64,000 nucleotides of DNA from a bacterium (GTDB taxonomy: Bacteria > SAR324 > XYD2-FULL-50-16 > G965216635). The DNA lies in assembly GCA_965216635.1 (NCBI GenBank), contig OZ244188.1, positions 1,888,001 through 1,952,000 of the forward strand. The letters run 5' to 3'. A program made the translations under genes and the position numbers. This document shows, one piece after another, positions 30,183 through 41,061 of this stretch. Every line of letters begins with the position of its first letter. Position 1 is the first letter of the stretch. Under the pieces are notes generated by a model. It saw only the letters and a program-made list of their open reading frames with translations, was not told the DNA's origin and did not search any database.

Positions 30183-30608
30183 ATGAAAAAAATAATTATA
30201 CTGCCAATGGTTCTACTAGCAATAGGATTGCTATCTACTTTTACTGCTTTTGCTAAAGATTGTCCTAAAAACATCAGTCATAAAAAAACAACAGAACAAA
30301 AACTTACTTGTCTACACAAAATTTATCACGATAATGGAAAACTAAAATGGATTGTAAATTACAAAAATGGAAAGCGAGAAGGAGAAGCTAAATCTTATCA
30401 CGAGAATGGAAAACTAGAGTTTATTGGAAATTATAAAAATGGAAAGCGAGAAGGAGAAGTTAAAGTTTATTACAAGAATGGAAAACTAGAGTTTATTGGA
30501 AATTATAAAAATGGAAAGCGAGAAGGAGAAGTTAAAGTTTATTACAAGAATGGAAAACTAGAAGCTTGCGTGATTTTTAAAGAAGGACAGAAAACAGGTA
30601 CCTGCTAA
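30183..30608 (+). CDS. secreted MORN-variant repeat protein, 3 repeats
   Basis: same signal peptide, Cys caps and 24-aa repeat as 20976. Confidence 0.9.
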   Translation: MKKIIILPMVLLAIGLLSTFTAFAKDCPKNISHKKTTEQKLTCLHKIYHDNGKLKWIVNYKNGKREGEAKSYHENGKLEFIGNYKNGKREGEVKVYYKNGKLEFIGNYKNGKREGEVKVYYKNGKLEACVIFKEGQKTGTC

Positions 30609-30693
30609 TTTCAAAACAATAGTATTTTCTATTTGATTTATCTTAAAATATTCTCTAAAATAGTATTTTTTCTAACCTAAACTAAAAACAACA

Positions 30694-32121
30694 ATGAAAA
30701 AAATAATTATACTGCCAATGGTTCTAATAGCAATAGGATTGCTATCTACTTTTACTGCTTTTGCTAAAGATTGTCCTAAAGATATATCTGCTGCAGAAAT
30801 AGAAGAACAAAAACTTACTTGTCTATTCAAAGTTTATAGCAAGAATGGAAAACTAAGTTTAATTATAAATTTTAAAAATGGAAAGCAAGAAGGAGAAGAG
30901 AAATGGTATCACGAGAATGGAAACCTAAAATGGATTGTAAATTATAAAAATGGAAAGCTAGAAGGAGAAGAGAAATGGTATCACGAGAATGGAAAACTAA
31001 AACAGATTGGAAATTATAAAAATGGAAAAGCAGAAGGAGAAGAGAAAGGGTATCACGAAAATGGAAAACTAGAATGGATTGTAAATTATAAAAATGGAAA
31101 GAAAGAAGGAGAATACAAAGAGTATCACAAGAATGAAAACCTAAAATGGATTGGAAATTATAAAAATGGAAAAGAAGAAGGAATATGGAAATCTTATCGC
31201 GAGAATGGAAAACTAAAACAGATTGGAAATTATAAAAACGACAAGCTAGAAGGAGAATACAAAGAGTATTACGAGAATGAAAAACTAAAACAGATTGGAA
31301 ATTATAAAAACGACAAGCGAGAAGGAGAATCTAAAGTTTATCACGAGAATGGAAAACTAAAATGGATTGGAAATTATAAAAACGACAAGCTAGAAGGAGA
31401 ATACAAAGAGTATCACGAGAATGAAAAACTAAGCTGGATTGTAAATTATAAAAATGGAAAAGGGGAAGGAGAATACAAAGAGTATCACGAAAATGGAAAA
31501 CTAGAATGGATTGTAAATTATAAAGATGGAAAGAAAGAAGGAGAAGAGAAAGTTTATCACGAGAATGGAAAACTAAAATGGATTGGAAATTATAAAAATG
31601 GAAAAGAAGAAGGGATATGGAAATCTTATCGCGAGAATGGAAAACTAAAACAGATTGGAAATTATAAAAATGGAAAGCTAGAGGGAGAAGTTAAAGTTTA
31701 TCACGAGAATGGAAACCTAGGCTTGATTGGAAATTATAAAGATGGAAAACTAGAAGGAGAAGAGAAATCTTATCGCTCGAATGGAAAACTAAAATGGATT
31801 GGAAATTATAAAAATGGAAAGCGAGAAGGAGAATGGAAAGAGTATCACGAGGTTGATAAAATAAGAAAAGAAACAGATAAAAATTACAAGCTACTACAAG
31901 AATTGATTGCTTTACGAAATGCTTATAATAATCCTAATTTTACTCCAGACAAAGTGGCTAGTATGAAAAGAAAAGATATACAGCAGGTGAATGAAAAAAT
32001 ACGATTAATTGGAAATTATAAAAACGATAAGAAAGAAGGAATATGGAAAGAGTATGATTCCACAGGAAAACTAAAACTTTGTAAAATTTTTAAAGAAGGA
32101 CAGCAAATAGACACCTGCTAA
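30694..32121 (+). CDS. secreted MORN-variant repeat protein, 15 repeats with a 46-aa insert
   Basis: same architecture; non-repeat insert at 31852-31989. Confidence 0.9.
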   Translation: MKKIIILPMVLIAIGLLSTFTAFAKDCPKDISAAEIEEQKLTCLFKVYSKNGKLSLIINFKNGKQEGEEKWYHENGNLKWIVNYKNGKLEGEEKWYHENGKLKQIGNYKNGKAEGEEKGYHENGKLEWIVNYKNGKKEGEYKEYHKNENLKWIGNYKNGKEEGIWKSYRENGKLKQIGNYKNDKLEGEYKEYYENEKLKQIGNYKNDKREGESKVYHENGKLKWIGNYKNDKLEGEYKEYHENEKLSWIVNYKNGKGEGEYKEYHENGKLEWIVNYKDGKKEGEEKVYHENGKLKWIGNYKNGKEEGIWKSYRENGKLKQIGNYKNGKLEGEVKVYHENGNLGLIGNYKDGKLEGEEKSYRSNGKLKWIGNYKNGKREGEWKEYHEVDKIRKETDKNYKLLQELIALRNAYNNPNFTPDKVASMKRKDIQQVNEKIRLIGNYKNDKKEGIWKEYDSTGKLKLCKIFKEGQQIDTC

Positions 32122-32206
32122 TTTCAAAACAATAGTATTTTCTATTTGATTTATCTTAAAATATTCTCTAAAATAGTATTTTTTCTAACCTAAACTAAAA
32201 ACAACA

Positions 32207-32920
32207 ATGAAAAAAATAATTATACTGCCAATGGTTCTACTAGCAATAGGATTGCTATCTGCTTTTACTGCTTTTGCTGAGGATTGTCCTAAAGGTATAT
32301 CTTTGAAAAAAGTAAAAAAACAAAAACTTACTTGTCTACACAAAATTTATCACGAGAATGGAAAACTAGGGGCGATTGGAAATTATAAAAATGGAAAGCG
32401 AGAAGGAGAATGGAAAGAGTATCACAAGAATGGAAAACTAATCTTTATTGTAAATTTTAAAAATGGAAAGCGAGAAGGAGAATGGAAAGAGTATCACAAA
32501 AATGGAAAACTAAGATTGATTGGCAATCTTAAAGGTGAAAAGAAAGAAGGAGAATGGAAAGTGTATCACGAGAATGGAAAACTACGGGCGATTGGAAATT
32601 TTAAAAATGGAAAGCAAGAAGGAGAAGATAAATTTTATCACGAGAATGGAAAACTGCAGGGGATTAGAAATTTTAAAAATGGAAAGCGAGAAGGAGAATA
32701 CAAAGAGTATCACGAGAACGGAAAACTAAAACAGATTGGAAATTATAAAGATGGAAAGCGAGAAGGGGAATACAAAGAGTATCACAAGAATGAAAACCTA
32801 AAATGGATCGTAAATTATAAAGATGGAAAGTGGGAAGGAAAATGGAAATCTTATCACGATAATGGAAAACTAAAATCTTGTAAAATTTTTAAAGAGGGAA
32901 TTGAAACAGGCAATTGCTGA
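32207..32920 (+). CDS. secreted MORN-variant repeat protein, 7 repeats
   Basis: same architecture; preceded by an 85-bp spacer identical to 30609-30693. Confidence 0.9.
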   Translation: MKKIIILPMVLLAIGLLSAFTAFAEDCPKGISLKKVKKQKLTCLHKIYHENGKLGAIGNYKNGKREGEWKEYHKNGKLIFIVNFKNGKREGEWKEYHKNGKLRLIGNLKGEKKEGEWKVYHENGKLRAIGNFKNGKQEGEDKFYHENGKLQGIRNFKNGKREGEYKEYHENGKLKQIGNYKDGKREGEYKEYHKNENLKWIVNYKDGKWEGKWKSYHDNGKLKSCKIFKEGIETGNC

Positions 32921-32948
32921 TTTGAAAAAAACTTTTTTTGGAATTTAT

Positions 32949-33509
32949 CTACCTATTGAGAGACGTCATCAAAGTTTTTATTGCAGAATCTAGATATTGA
33001 ACGGAAAAATCTTTTTTCATCTGCTCTAGTAGCTCGCAAACAATTAATACATCTCCTAAGGCTCGGTGTCTCCGTTCTGTATGAATCTCAAATCTATCTA
33101 CTATACTATCTAGCCCGTGTTTTCTGAATATGGGGTATAATTTTTGGGATAGTTTAAGAGAGCAAAAGACTTGAGGGTTATAGTTAAGTCCTAAAAAAGT
33201 AAATTCTCTTTGTAAGTAGGCAAGATCAATAGAAACATTGTGTGCAATCAAAAGTTTTCCGTCCAAAATTTCACGGATTTTTTGAGAGACTTCCCGAAAA
33301 AGGGGTGCATCTTCTACCATTGCATCTGTAATGCCTATATGGTTTTGAATGAACCTTGGAATCCTTTTTTTTGGATTGATAAGAGTTTCCCATTCCAAAA
33401 CTTTTTTACCTTTTTCAAAAGAAACAATTCCTATTTCAATGATTCTAGCAGACTGAGGAAATCCTCCAGTTGCTTCAATATCTACAACTACTGAATTATC
33501 AAATATCAT
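32949..33509 (-). CDS. DEDDh 3'-5' exonuclease (DnaQ-like)
   Basis: [22 protein letters not shown] motifs. Confidence 0.9.
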   Translation of the reverse strand: MIFDNSVVVDIEATGGFPQSARIIEIGIVSFEKGKKVLEWETLINPKKRIPRFIQNHIGITDAMVEDAPLFREVSQKIREILDGKLLIAHNVSIDLAYLQREFTFLGLNYNPQVFCSLKLSQKLYPIFRKHGLDSIVDRFEIHTERRHRALGDVLIVCELLEQMKKDFSVQYLDSAIKTLMTSLNR

Positions 33510-34624
33510 AAAACATTTTTATCAATATTTTCTTGAAATTTTGCTACCCTCTTGTTGTGTTTTTTTTCAAAACTTTTTTTCAATTCAGAAAATATATCAT
33601 TTTGTTTTGAAGAAAGATTCTCTGGAACTTCTACCAAAATTTTTACTAAAAGATCTCCCGAACTTCCTCTATGAGAATAAATTCCTTTACCACGAAGGCG
33701 AAATATTTTTCCGTTTTGCGTGCCGGGAGGTATTGCGAATTTTGTTTTTCCCTCTAAACTGGGAACGATGATTTTTCCTCCTAAAACAGCTTCCACTATA
33801 CTTATAGGCACTTCACAGGTAATATCATTTCCTTCTCTTTGAAAAAAAGAATGCTCTTTTACATGAAAAATAACATAAAGATCTCCAGCACTAGCACCGT
33901 CTCTGCCCTGCTCTCCTTCTCCCGAAAAGCGAATTTTAGAACCAGTTTCCACTCCTGCTGGGATTTCTATAGTTAGCTTTTTATTCTTTGTCATCACTGT
34001 TTCTCCATGACAGCTCTTGCAGGGGACTTGGATAATACTTCCCTTTCCCCGACAACTAGAACAAGCAGTAGTAATCCCAATAAAACTTTGCTGCATTCTT
34101 ACAAAACCAGAACCATCACAATGAGAACAATGAACTATATCATTTTTTGACCTTGCTCCTGTACCACTACAGGCGGAGCAACTTTCTTCACGCGGGAATT
34201 CAATATCTACACTATTTCCTTTGACTGCATCTTGAAAAGAAATTTGTAAATTATATTGTAAATCACTGCCTCTTTGATTTGTGCTACGAGATCTTCCTCC
34301 TCCCGTAAAGCTTTCAAATATATCACCAAACACACTCTCAAATCCACTGCCCCCAGAAAAAAAATCTTCAAAGCCTCCCATGTTAGACGCAAAACCTCCA
34401 GAAGCTCCAGTATGACCGAATTGATCATAAGCCGATCTTCTTTTGGCATCCGACAGAACATGGTAGGCTTCGCTCAGTTCTTTAAATTTTTCTTCCGCCT
34501 GTTTATCTCCGGGATTTTTATCAGGGTGGTATTTGATAGCAACCTTGCGATACTGCTTTTTAATTTCATTGGCGTTAGCGCTTCTGCTAACTCCCAATAC
34601 TTCATAGTAATCTTTTTTGGACAC
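33506..34624 (-). CDS. dnaJ: molecular chaperone DnaJ
   Basis: J domain with HPD, G/F-rich region, four CxxCxGxx repeats; GTG start. Confidence 0.97.
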   Translation of the reverse strand: MSKKDYYEVLGVSRSANANEIKKQYRKVAIKYHPDKNPGDKQAEEKFKELSEAYHVLSDAKRRSAYDQFGHTGASGGFASNMGGFEDFFSGGSGFESVFGDIFESFTGGGRSRSTNQRGSDLQYNLQISFQDAVKGNSVDIEFPREESCSACSGTGARSKNDIVHCSHCDGSGFVRMQQSFIGITTACSSCRGKGSIIQVPCKSCHGETVMTKNKKLTIEIPAGVETGSKIRFSGEGEQGRDGASAGDLYVIFHVKEHSFFQREGNDITCEVPISIVEAVLGGKIIVPSLEGKTKFAIPPGTQNGKIFRLRGKGIYSHRGSSGDLLVKILVEVPENLSSKQNDIFSELKKSFEKKHNKRVAKFQENIDKNVL

Positions 34625-34630
34625 GATATA

Positions 34631-36538
34631 CTACTTTTTATCTACATTCTCATAATTAACATCTTCAGCTCCATCATCTTTCCCATCCTTATTATTTTTT
34701 TTGGATTTTTCATCAGGTGCAGAAGCACCAGAATCTGTTGCTTGGGAGAGTTTCTTGCCTATTTCTTGAAAATCTTTATTCAAATTTTCTGTCGCCTGAG
34801 TAATTGCAGATTCATCGTCTGTTTCTATTTTAGATTTTAATTCTTTGATGGAAGCCTCTACTTTCTGTTTATCTGCATCTTCTATTTTAGAAGCACTTTC
34901 TTGAAGTATTTTTTCGCATTGATAAATCAAACTATCAGCTTGATTTCTAGTATCTATCAATTTCCTTTTTGTTTTGTCCTGTGCGGCGTATTGTTCTGCT
35001 TCGTCTATCATTTTTTTAATATCCTCATCAGACAATCCTCCAGAAACAGTAATTTTAATTTTTTGTTCTTTCCCAGTGCCCTTGTCTTTTGCAGAAACAT
35101 TCAAAATACCATTAGCGTCAATATCAAAAGTAACTTCAATTTGTGGTGTTCCTCTTGGAGCAGAAGCAATGCCGAGTAATTCAAAATTACCAATGGTTTT
35201 ATTATCAACTGACATTTCTCTTTCTCCTTGCAAAACATGGATGTTCACAGCAGGCTGATTATCCGCTGCAGTAGAAAAAATCTGACTTTTTTTCGTCGGA
35301 ATAGTAGTGTTTTTTTCTATAAGACGGGTCATTACACCTCCTAGAGTTTCAATACCTAAAGAAAGAGGAGTTACATCTAATAGTAAAACATCTTTAACAT
35401 CTCCCTGTAATACGCCTCCTTGAATAGCTGCTCCCGATGCCACAACTTCATCCGGATTCACTCCTTTATGAGGTGTTTTTCCAATAAATTTTTCTACTAT
35501 TTCAATAATTTTAGGCATTCTCGTCATTCCACCAACTAAAATCACATCGTCTATATCAGAGGTTGTAATTCCAGAATCTTTTAGAGCCTGTTTCATAGGC
35601 GTCAAACACCTTTGAATCAAATCATCTACTAACTGCTCAAGTTTAGAGCGGGTGAGTTTGATATTCAAATGTTTAGGTCCTGAGGCATCGGCAGTTACAA
35701 AAGGAAGATTCACTTCTGTTTCTGTAGAAGAAGAAAGTTCGTGTTTGGCTTTTTCTGCAGCTTCTTTCAGCCTCTGTAGAGCCATCTTATCTCCTCTTAA
35801 ATCAATGCCATTTTCGTTTTTAAATTGTTCTGCAAGATAATCTATAATCTTTAAATCAAAATCCTCTCCTCCAAGGTGAGTATCTCCATTTGTAGATTTC
35901 ACTTCAAAAACTCCGTCCCCAAGTTCTAAAATGGAAACATCAAAAGTTCCTCCACCTAAATCAAAAACCAAAATTGTTTCTTCTTTTTTTTTGTCTAATC
36001 CGTAGGCTAATGCGGCTGCAGTTGGTTCGTTAATAATTCTTAAAACTTCTAGTCCTGCTATTTTGCCTGCATCTTTGGTAGCTTGCCTCTGGGTATCATT
36101 AAAATAAGCTGGCACCGTAATAACAGCTTGGGTGACTTTTTCTCCGAGATAATCTTCTGCGGTAGACTTCATCTTCTGCAAAACAAAAGCAGAAATTTCC
36201 GCAGGGGAAAAGTTTTTATCTCCTATTTTTATTTGGGCTGAGTTGTTTGAGCCTTTTACTACTTCATAGCTAAAGGTTTTAACATCTTCTTGAATAGAAG
36301 GAGAATTAAAGTCGTTACCCAACAACCTTTTTACGGAAGAAATGGTTTTCTTGGGATTGGTAATCGCCTGTCTTTTTGCGATCTGTCCAATTAATTTTTC
36401 ATTTTTGTCGTTGAAAGCGACAACTGAAGGTGTAGTTCTAAAGCCCTCAGAATTTTCAATAATTTTGGCATCCCCAGCTTCTATAATTGCCACACAAGAA
36501 TTTGTGGTGCCTAAGTCTATGCCGATAACCTTACTCAT
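34631..36538 (-). CDS. dnaK: molecular chaperone DnaK
   Basis: [26 protein letters not shown] motifs. Confidence 0.98.
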   Translation of the reverse strand: MSKVIGIDLGTTNSCVAIIEAGDAKIIENSEGFRTTPSVVAFNDKNEKLIGQIAKRQAITNPKKTISSVKRLLGNDFNSPSIQEDVKTFSYEVVKGSNNSAQIKIGDKNFSPAEISAFVLQKMKSTAEDYLGEKVTQAVITVPAYFNDTQRQATKDAGKIAGLEVLRIINEPTAAALAYGLDKKKEETILVFDLGGGTFDVSILELGDGVFEVKSTNGDTHLGGEDFDLKIIDYLAEQFKNENGIDLRGDKMALQRLKEAAEKAKHELSSSTETEVNLPFVTADASGPKHLNIKLTRSKLEQLVDDLIQRCLTPMKQALKDSGITTSDIDDVILVGGMTRMPKIIEIVEKFIGKTPHKGVNPDEVVASGAAIQGGVLQGDVKDVLLLDVTPLSLGIETLGGVMTRLIEKNTTIPTKKSQIFSTAADNQPAVNIHVLQGEREMSVDNKTIGNFELLGIASAPRGTPQIEVTFDIDANGILNVSAKDKGTGKEQKIKITVSGGLSDEDIKKMIDEAEQYAAQDKTKRKLIDTRNQADSLIYQCEKILQESASKIEDADKQKVEASIKELKSKIETDDESAITQATENLNKDFQEIGKKLSQATDSGASAPDEKSKKNNKDGKDDGAEDVNYENVDKK

Positions 36539-36544
36539 ATATTT

Positions 36545-36783
36545 TATAGACCCTTGCGTTAGCGCCCTGTTCAGCCTATGCGGCGTTACTCAAATTTTTT
36601 ATTCCTCAAAATACTCTTAGTGCTCTATGCAAAATAAAGATTATAGTAAAAAAACCACGGGCTCTTTTACATCCCACTTTTGCTAAATGCAAATTATAGA
36701 GTATTTTTCACTACGTCATTCCTTGTAATAAAAAACTTTCGCACCTTGCCTAGCCGTCAACTAACACTACCGCAAAGGTCTCT
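36545..36783. mobile_element. palindromic MITE-like element (family B) with nested ~104-bp insert
   Basis: TAGACCCTTGCG...CGCAAAGGTCTC termini; CAGCCTATGC and CTTGCCTAGCCGTCA motifs. Confidence 0.75.
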
Positions 36784-36792
36784 CGTATAAAT

Positions 36793-36970
36793 TAGACTTT
36801 TGAATTTGCATTCTGTTTAGCCAAAGCAAACGTTAAAAAAAAATTTTAACTCTTGCCATTTGTGAAGAAATGCTCTTGAGTATTCCTGCGAGCTAAAAAA
36901 AATTTGCCCCTGTTCTAACCAGTTGGCTAGCCCCAATAGTGGGATAAGCATCAGCAAAATTCAAAGGTCG
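36793..36970. mobile_element. palindromic MITE-like element (family B)
   Basis: TAGACTTTTGAATTTG...AAATTCAAAGGTC termini; near reverse complement of 46524-46908 copies. Confidence 0.8.
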
Positions 36971-37053
36971 TATAAATTTATGTTTTGTTTTGTTTAAATA
37001 GTTTTAGAAAATAGTAAAATTACTAATTTTCTCTATAGTAACAGTAAAAAAAA

Positions 37054-37905
37054 TTATTCTTTCCGTTTAGAAACCTGAACCATAGCCGCCCTAATAACCT
37101 TATCGTGAAGCAAATATCCCGGTGTAAAAACATCCACTACCTGATTGGGTTCTGCATCTTTTGTCTCTAATGTGCCTACTGCCTCGTGCCTTTCTGGATT
37201 AAAAACTTCTCCCAAATCCAGAAATCTTTTAATATGGTGTTGTTTAAAAACATTCAAAAATTGTTGTTGAACTAATTTAATACCCTGTACAAATTCTTCT
37301 AGTCTAGAATCATCTTTTTCTTGTTCTACATGCTTTAAAGCATTTTCTAAAGAATCGGTTACGCTAAACAGATCTTTAGCTATGGATTCCACAGCATATT
37401 GTAAGTCCGAAATTGTTCGTTGTTGTTGTCTCTTCTTATAATTATCAAATTCCGCTGCTAATCTCATAAATTGATCTTTCTGCTGTGCCAAGGATTCCAC
37501 TAAAATTTTTACTTTTTGTTCGAAATCTAGCCTATCTTTTTTAGGGGGTTTAAAGTGTTCTTCTTTATCAAGATTAAATTTTTCATTTTTCTTTAATTCT
37601 TCTGTTTGTTGTTCGGCAGTGATTTTTTCTGTTTCTCTAGTCGCTTCTGTTTGTTGTTCGGCAGTAATTTTTTCTGTTTCTCTAGTCGCTTCTGTTTGTT
37701 GTTCGGCAGTAATTTTTTCTGTTCCTCTATTCGCTTCTGTTTGTTGTTCGGCAATAGAGCCTTCTGTTTCTGTTGACCTTTCTGGTTCAGTTTTAGCATC
37801 TGGTTCAGTTTTAACAGAACCGTTCATATTAGAAACGTTTATACCAGATTTGTTTTCTGGTGATACTATTGTTTTCTTTTTGTTTTGTTTATTGAGATTA
37901 GTCAT
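37054..37905 (-). CDS. grpE: nucleotide exchange factor GrpE with repeat-expanded N-terminus
   Basis: RLAAEFDNYKKR, FNPERHEAV, GYLLHDKVIRAAMVQV; upstream of dnaK; start uncertain. Confidence 0.93.
   Translation of the reverse strand: MTNLNKQNKKKTIVSPENKSGINVSNMNGSVKTEPDAKTEPERSTETEGSIAEQQTEANRGTEKITAEQQTEATRETEKITAEQQTEATRETEKITAEQQTEELKKNEKFNLDKEEHFKPPKKDRLDFEQKVKILVESLAQQKDQFMRLAAEFDNYKKRQQQRTISDLQYAVESIAKDLFSVTDSLENALKHVEQEKDDSRLEEFVQGIKLVQQQFLNVFKQHHIKRFLDLGEVFNPERHEAVGTLETKDAEPNQVVDVFTPGYLLHDKVIRAAMVQVSKRKE
37599..37755. repeat. in-frame 45-bp tandem repeat in grpE (ITAEQQTEATRETEK, ~3.5 copies)
   Basis: TCTGTTTGTTGTTCGGCA recurs with 45-bp period. Confidence 0.9.
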
Positions 37906-37934
37906 TTTAATTAAGCTATAATTCACATACTATA

Positions 37935-38075
37935 TATACTTTTGAATTTGCATTCTGTTCAGCCTATGCAGCGTTGAAAATTTGTGAAAAATGCTCACAT
38001 ACTAGCGTGTATGCTCCGCTATTTCACAAATTTTCGCACCTGTCTACCATCACATCAGCAAAATTCAAAGGTCTA
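37935..38075. mobile_element. palindromic MITE-like element (family B)
   Basis: ACTTTTGAATTT...AAATTCAAAGGTCTA termini; inner stem GAAAATTTGTGAAA...TTTCACAAATTTTC covaries with the 15684 copy. Confidence 0.8.
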
Positions 38076-38138
38076 TATATAACTTATCCTATTTTTAGGA
38101 TAAAAGTCAACAAAAAAATTCAAAAAAATAAAAAACAC

Positions 38139-38894
38139 CTACAGTAAATTTAATATTTTTTCTACATCCTCTGCATTATCTATGCTTGAAGATTTTTTTT
38201 CTGTGATCATCACATAGATTTGTTGTCCAAAATCTAATGCTCGCAACTGTTCTAGGCTTTCTGTTTTTTCTAGTTTAGAATCTCCCGCCTGAGTGAACCA
38301 AAATAAGAATTTTTTTGTAAATCCATAAACACCTAGGTGGCAAAAATAATTACCTGTTGATTTTTCCCCTGTTATTTTTTTTGAGGCAAGATTTTTATGA
38401 TACGGAATAGGAGATCTAGAAAAATAGATAGCTCTGCTATAAGAATCTAAAACAACCTTAACTTTAGAAGAATCCTCAATGTCCTTATGTGAGTGCATAG
38501 GATAGGCAGCTGTTACCATTTCAAACTTTTGTTCGCGGAGTTTTTTATCTAATAAATCTAAAAGAGAGGGATGAATTAAAGGTTCATCTGCTTGTAAATT
38601 AATGATATAATCACAGTCTAGTTTTTGAGCAGCTTCCGCTACTCTATCACTTCCTGATTGATGTTTGTTTGAAGTCATAATAATTTTTTCTGTAAAACCG
38701 CTTGCTATCTTTTGAATTTTAGAACTATCTGTTGCAATATAAACTTCACTAATAGAAGATTGACAAGCTTTTTCGTAGACTCTTTGAATCATAGGTTTGC
38801 CTTTTAAGTCCAAAAGAACTTTTCCTGCTAGCCTAGTAGAAGCTAATCTAGCGGGAATTATAATTACGGTTTTTTTGCTAAAACAGGATTTCAC
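38139..38894 (-). CDS. kdsB: 3-deoxy-manno-octulosonate cytidylyltransferase
   Basis: IIPARLASTRL.GK, SGSDRVAE, YFSRSPIP, ESLEQLRAL. Confidence 0.95.
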   Translation of the reverse strand: MKSCFSKKTVIIIPARLASTRLAGKVLLDLKGKPMIQRVYEKACQSSISEVYIATDSSKIQKIASGFTEKIIMTSNKHQSGSDRVAEAAQKLDCDYIINLQADEPLIHPSLLDLLDKKLREQKFEMVTAAYPMHSHKDIEDSSKVKVVLDSYSRAIYFSRSPIPYHKNLASKKITGEKSTGNYFCHLGVYGFTKKFLFWFTQAGDSKLEKTESLEQLRALDFGQQIYVMITEKKSSSIDNAEDVEKILNLL

Positions 38895-38993
38895 AAATAA
38901 TTCTTGACAAAGGTATGGATATAGATTGATTCTCTTTAAAAGAATAGTATAGAACTAACTATAATAAAACTAACTATAATATAGCTTACAAAT

Positions 38994-40373
38994 ATGAGTA
39001 AAAAAAATCAAGCAATAGACTTAACAACAGGTTCTATTCCTAAACTTTTAAGGCAGCTTTTTATACCTGCTAGTATTGGAATGCTGTTTAGTGTTCTTTA
39101 CAATGTTGTAGATACCTACTTTGGCGGACAAATTTCTCCGCAAGCTCTAGCATCTTTGTCAGTGACTTTTCCTATATTCTTTCTTGTTATTGCTTTCTCT
39201 GTTGGTTTTTCTGCAGGGGCTTCGGCTCTTATTGCCACCAAAATAGGATCAAAAAACAAAGAAGAAGCCAAAAAATTCTACTGCCAGTTCTTGAGTTTTG
39301 GAGTATTTTTAGCTCTTTTTCTGACGCTACTTGGGCTATGGGTTAGCAAACCAATGCTCGTTTTTTTAGGGGCTGAAGGAAAATATTTAGAAGATGCCTT
39401 AGCCTATATTATCCCCATTTTTGGCGGTTCTGCTTTTATATTATTCGCCTTTATTGTTAATTCTGGTTTAAACGCTCAAGGACTAACTAAACCAAATCGT
39501 AATTATTTGATTGTAGCATTTTTTGCAAATATCATTTTGGATTACTGGTTCATCCATGGCGGGTTGGGAGTTCCCGCTTTGGGAATACAAGGAATTGCTT
39601 TTGCTACAGTTTTGGTACACTTACTAGGAATTTTTTATCTACTTTATTGTGTTAAACAGACTTTTCTGTTTGAAAAAATTGACTCCTGTTTTCTCTGCTA
39701 TTTTATCCCAGAAAAAAAACACTTCAAACTAATTTTAGAGCAAGGAATGCCTACTACTATTAGTATGTTAAGTATAGGTTTTTACTTTTTTGTGCTAAAT
39801 AAATTTATTTCCTCCTTTGGTTCTGATGCAATTGCAGCTTACGGAATAGGTTTGAGAGTAGAGCAGTTAATATTAGTTCCTGGTATCGGCATAGGCATAG
39901 CTGTTAGCACTCTAGTAGCACAAAACCATGGCGCTGCTTTAAAAAATAGGGTTCGCGAATCCATCCGTGCTGGAATTTTGTATTTTTTTGTTATGATGAT
40001 AATAGGGTGCATTTTTTTACTTGTTATAGGAGAATATGTGCTTTTATTATTCACTCAAAAAAAAGAAATTGTATCTGTTGGACTGGAGTATCTGAGGATA
40101 GAAGCCTTCACTTTATTTAGTTATGTTCTTATACATATACCGGGTTCTATTTTACAGGGACTCAAAAGACCTAATATCTCTACCTATATCAATCTGTTTG
40201 GAAGATGTCTGCCTATTCCTGTTTTGTATATTTTGATCTATTCACTAGATTTTGGAAGTAAAGCTATTTGGTGGACTATTTTTGGGAATAGCTGGTTTAT
40301 GGCAATTTTATTTATTATTTTTACAAAAAGAGAAATGAAAAGAGCCTTCCCTAAGGGAGCCGATGTTTTTTAA
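38994..40373 (+). CDS. MATE family efflux transporter
   Basis: DLTTGSI, YNVVDTYFGG, many TM segments, IAAYGIGLRVEQ. Confidence 0.92.
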   Translation: MSKKNQAIDLTTGSIPKLLRQLFIPASIGMLFSVLYNVVDTYFGGQISPQALASLSVTFPIFFLVIAFSVGFSAGASALIATKIGSKNKEEAKKFYCQFLSFGVFLALFLTLLGLWVSKPMLVFLGAEGKYLEDALAYIIPIFGGSAFILFAFIVNSGLNAQGLTKPNRNYLIVAFFANIILDYWFIHGGLGVPALGIQGIAFATVLVHLLGIFYLLYCVKQTFLFEKIDSCFLCYFIPEKKHFKLILEQGMPTTISMLSIGFYFFVLNKFISSFGSDAIAAYGIGLRVEQLILVPGIGIGIAVSTLVAQNHGAALKNRVRESIRAGILYFFVMMIIGCIFLLVIGEYVLLLFTQKKEIVSVGLEYLRIEAFTLFSYVLIHIPGSILQGLKRPNISTYINLFGRCLPIPVLYILIYSLDFGSKAIWWTIFGNSWFMAILFIIFTKREMKRAFPKGADVF

Positions 40374-41061
40374 AATGCACTCGCTCTACCCCATTTTAAT
40401 TCTATCTTTAAAAATCAGCAGCTGCGCTGTATTGCTACAAACTGTGCCTGCAATTTTTTGGGGTTGGTATTTAACAAAACGAAAAAGTAAATTTCAGTTT
40501 TTATTCCAAAGTTTAATACTACTACCTTTGATGCTAACCCCTTTAGTAGTAGGTTATTTTGTGTTACAACTATTCCATCCAGATAGTTGGCTAGGAAATA
40601 GTCTACAACAATTAGGAGTAGATATTCTTTTTAATTGGAAGGGAGCTGTTATTGCGGTATCTATTGTTAGTTTTCCTTTGTATGTTCAATCTGTACAGAT
40701 TGCAATGACGACTGTTCCGAAAAAGTTTGAGCATCTTTCTCTTGTTTTAGGAAACTCTACTTGGCAAACTTTTTTAAAAGTAATTTTGCCCTTGACTAGA
40801 TTTGGAATTTTGAGAGGAGCTTTAATTTCCTTCGCGAGGAACCTAGGAGAATTTGGAGCTACTGTTGTTGTGGTAGGGATTATTCCCTTGCAAACAGAAA
40901 CAATTCCATCAGCCATTTTCAGGTCTTTGAGCATCCCCAATCAAGAAAACAAAATACGGACATTAATTATTTTATCTATAGCTTTTTCTTTATTATTTCT
41001 TTTTTTCATTCAATGGATAGAACAAGCAAGAAAAAAAGACTGGAGATTCAATACCACTTAA
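40363..41061 (+). CDS. modB: molybdate ABC transporter permease
   Basis: LPLMLTPLVVGY, FNWKGAVIA, FARNLGEFGAT. Confidence 0.88.
   Translation: MFFKMHSLYPILILSLKISSCAVLLQTVPAIFWGWYLTKRKSKFQFLFQSLILLPLMLTPLVVGYFVLQLFHPDSWLGNSLQQLGVDILFNWKGAVIAVSIVSFPLYVQSVQIAMTTVPKKFEHLSLVLGNSTWQTFLKVILPLTRFGILRGALISFARNLGEFGATVVVVGIIPLQTETIPSAIFRSLSIPNQENKIRTLIILSIAFSLLFLFFIQWIEQARKKDWRFNTT

Noticed and set aside
20976..32920. Diversity-generating retroelement acting on MORN or OMP genes
   Set aside because: No reverse transcriptase or template repeat in the window, and differences are not evidently confined to adenines
37906..38138. CIRCE operator upstream of grpE-dnaK-dnaJ
   Set aside because: No TTAGCACTC-N9-GAGTGCTAA; the palindrome there is a family B MITE
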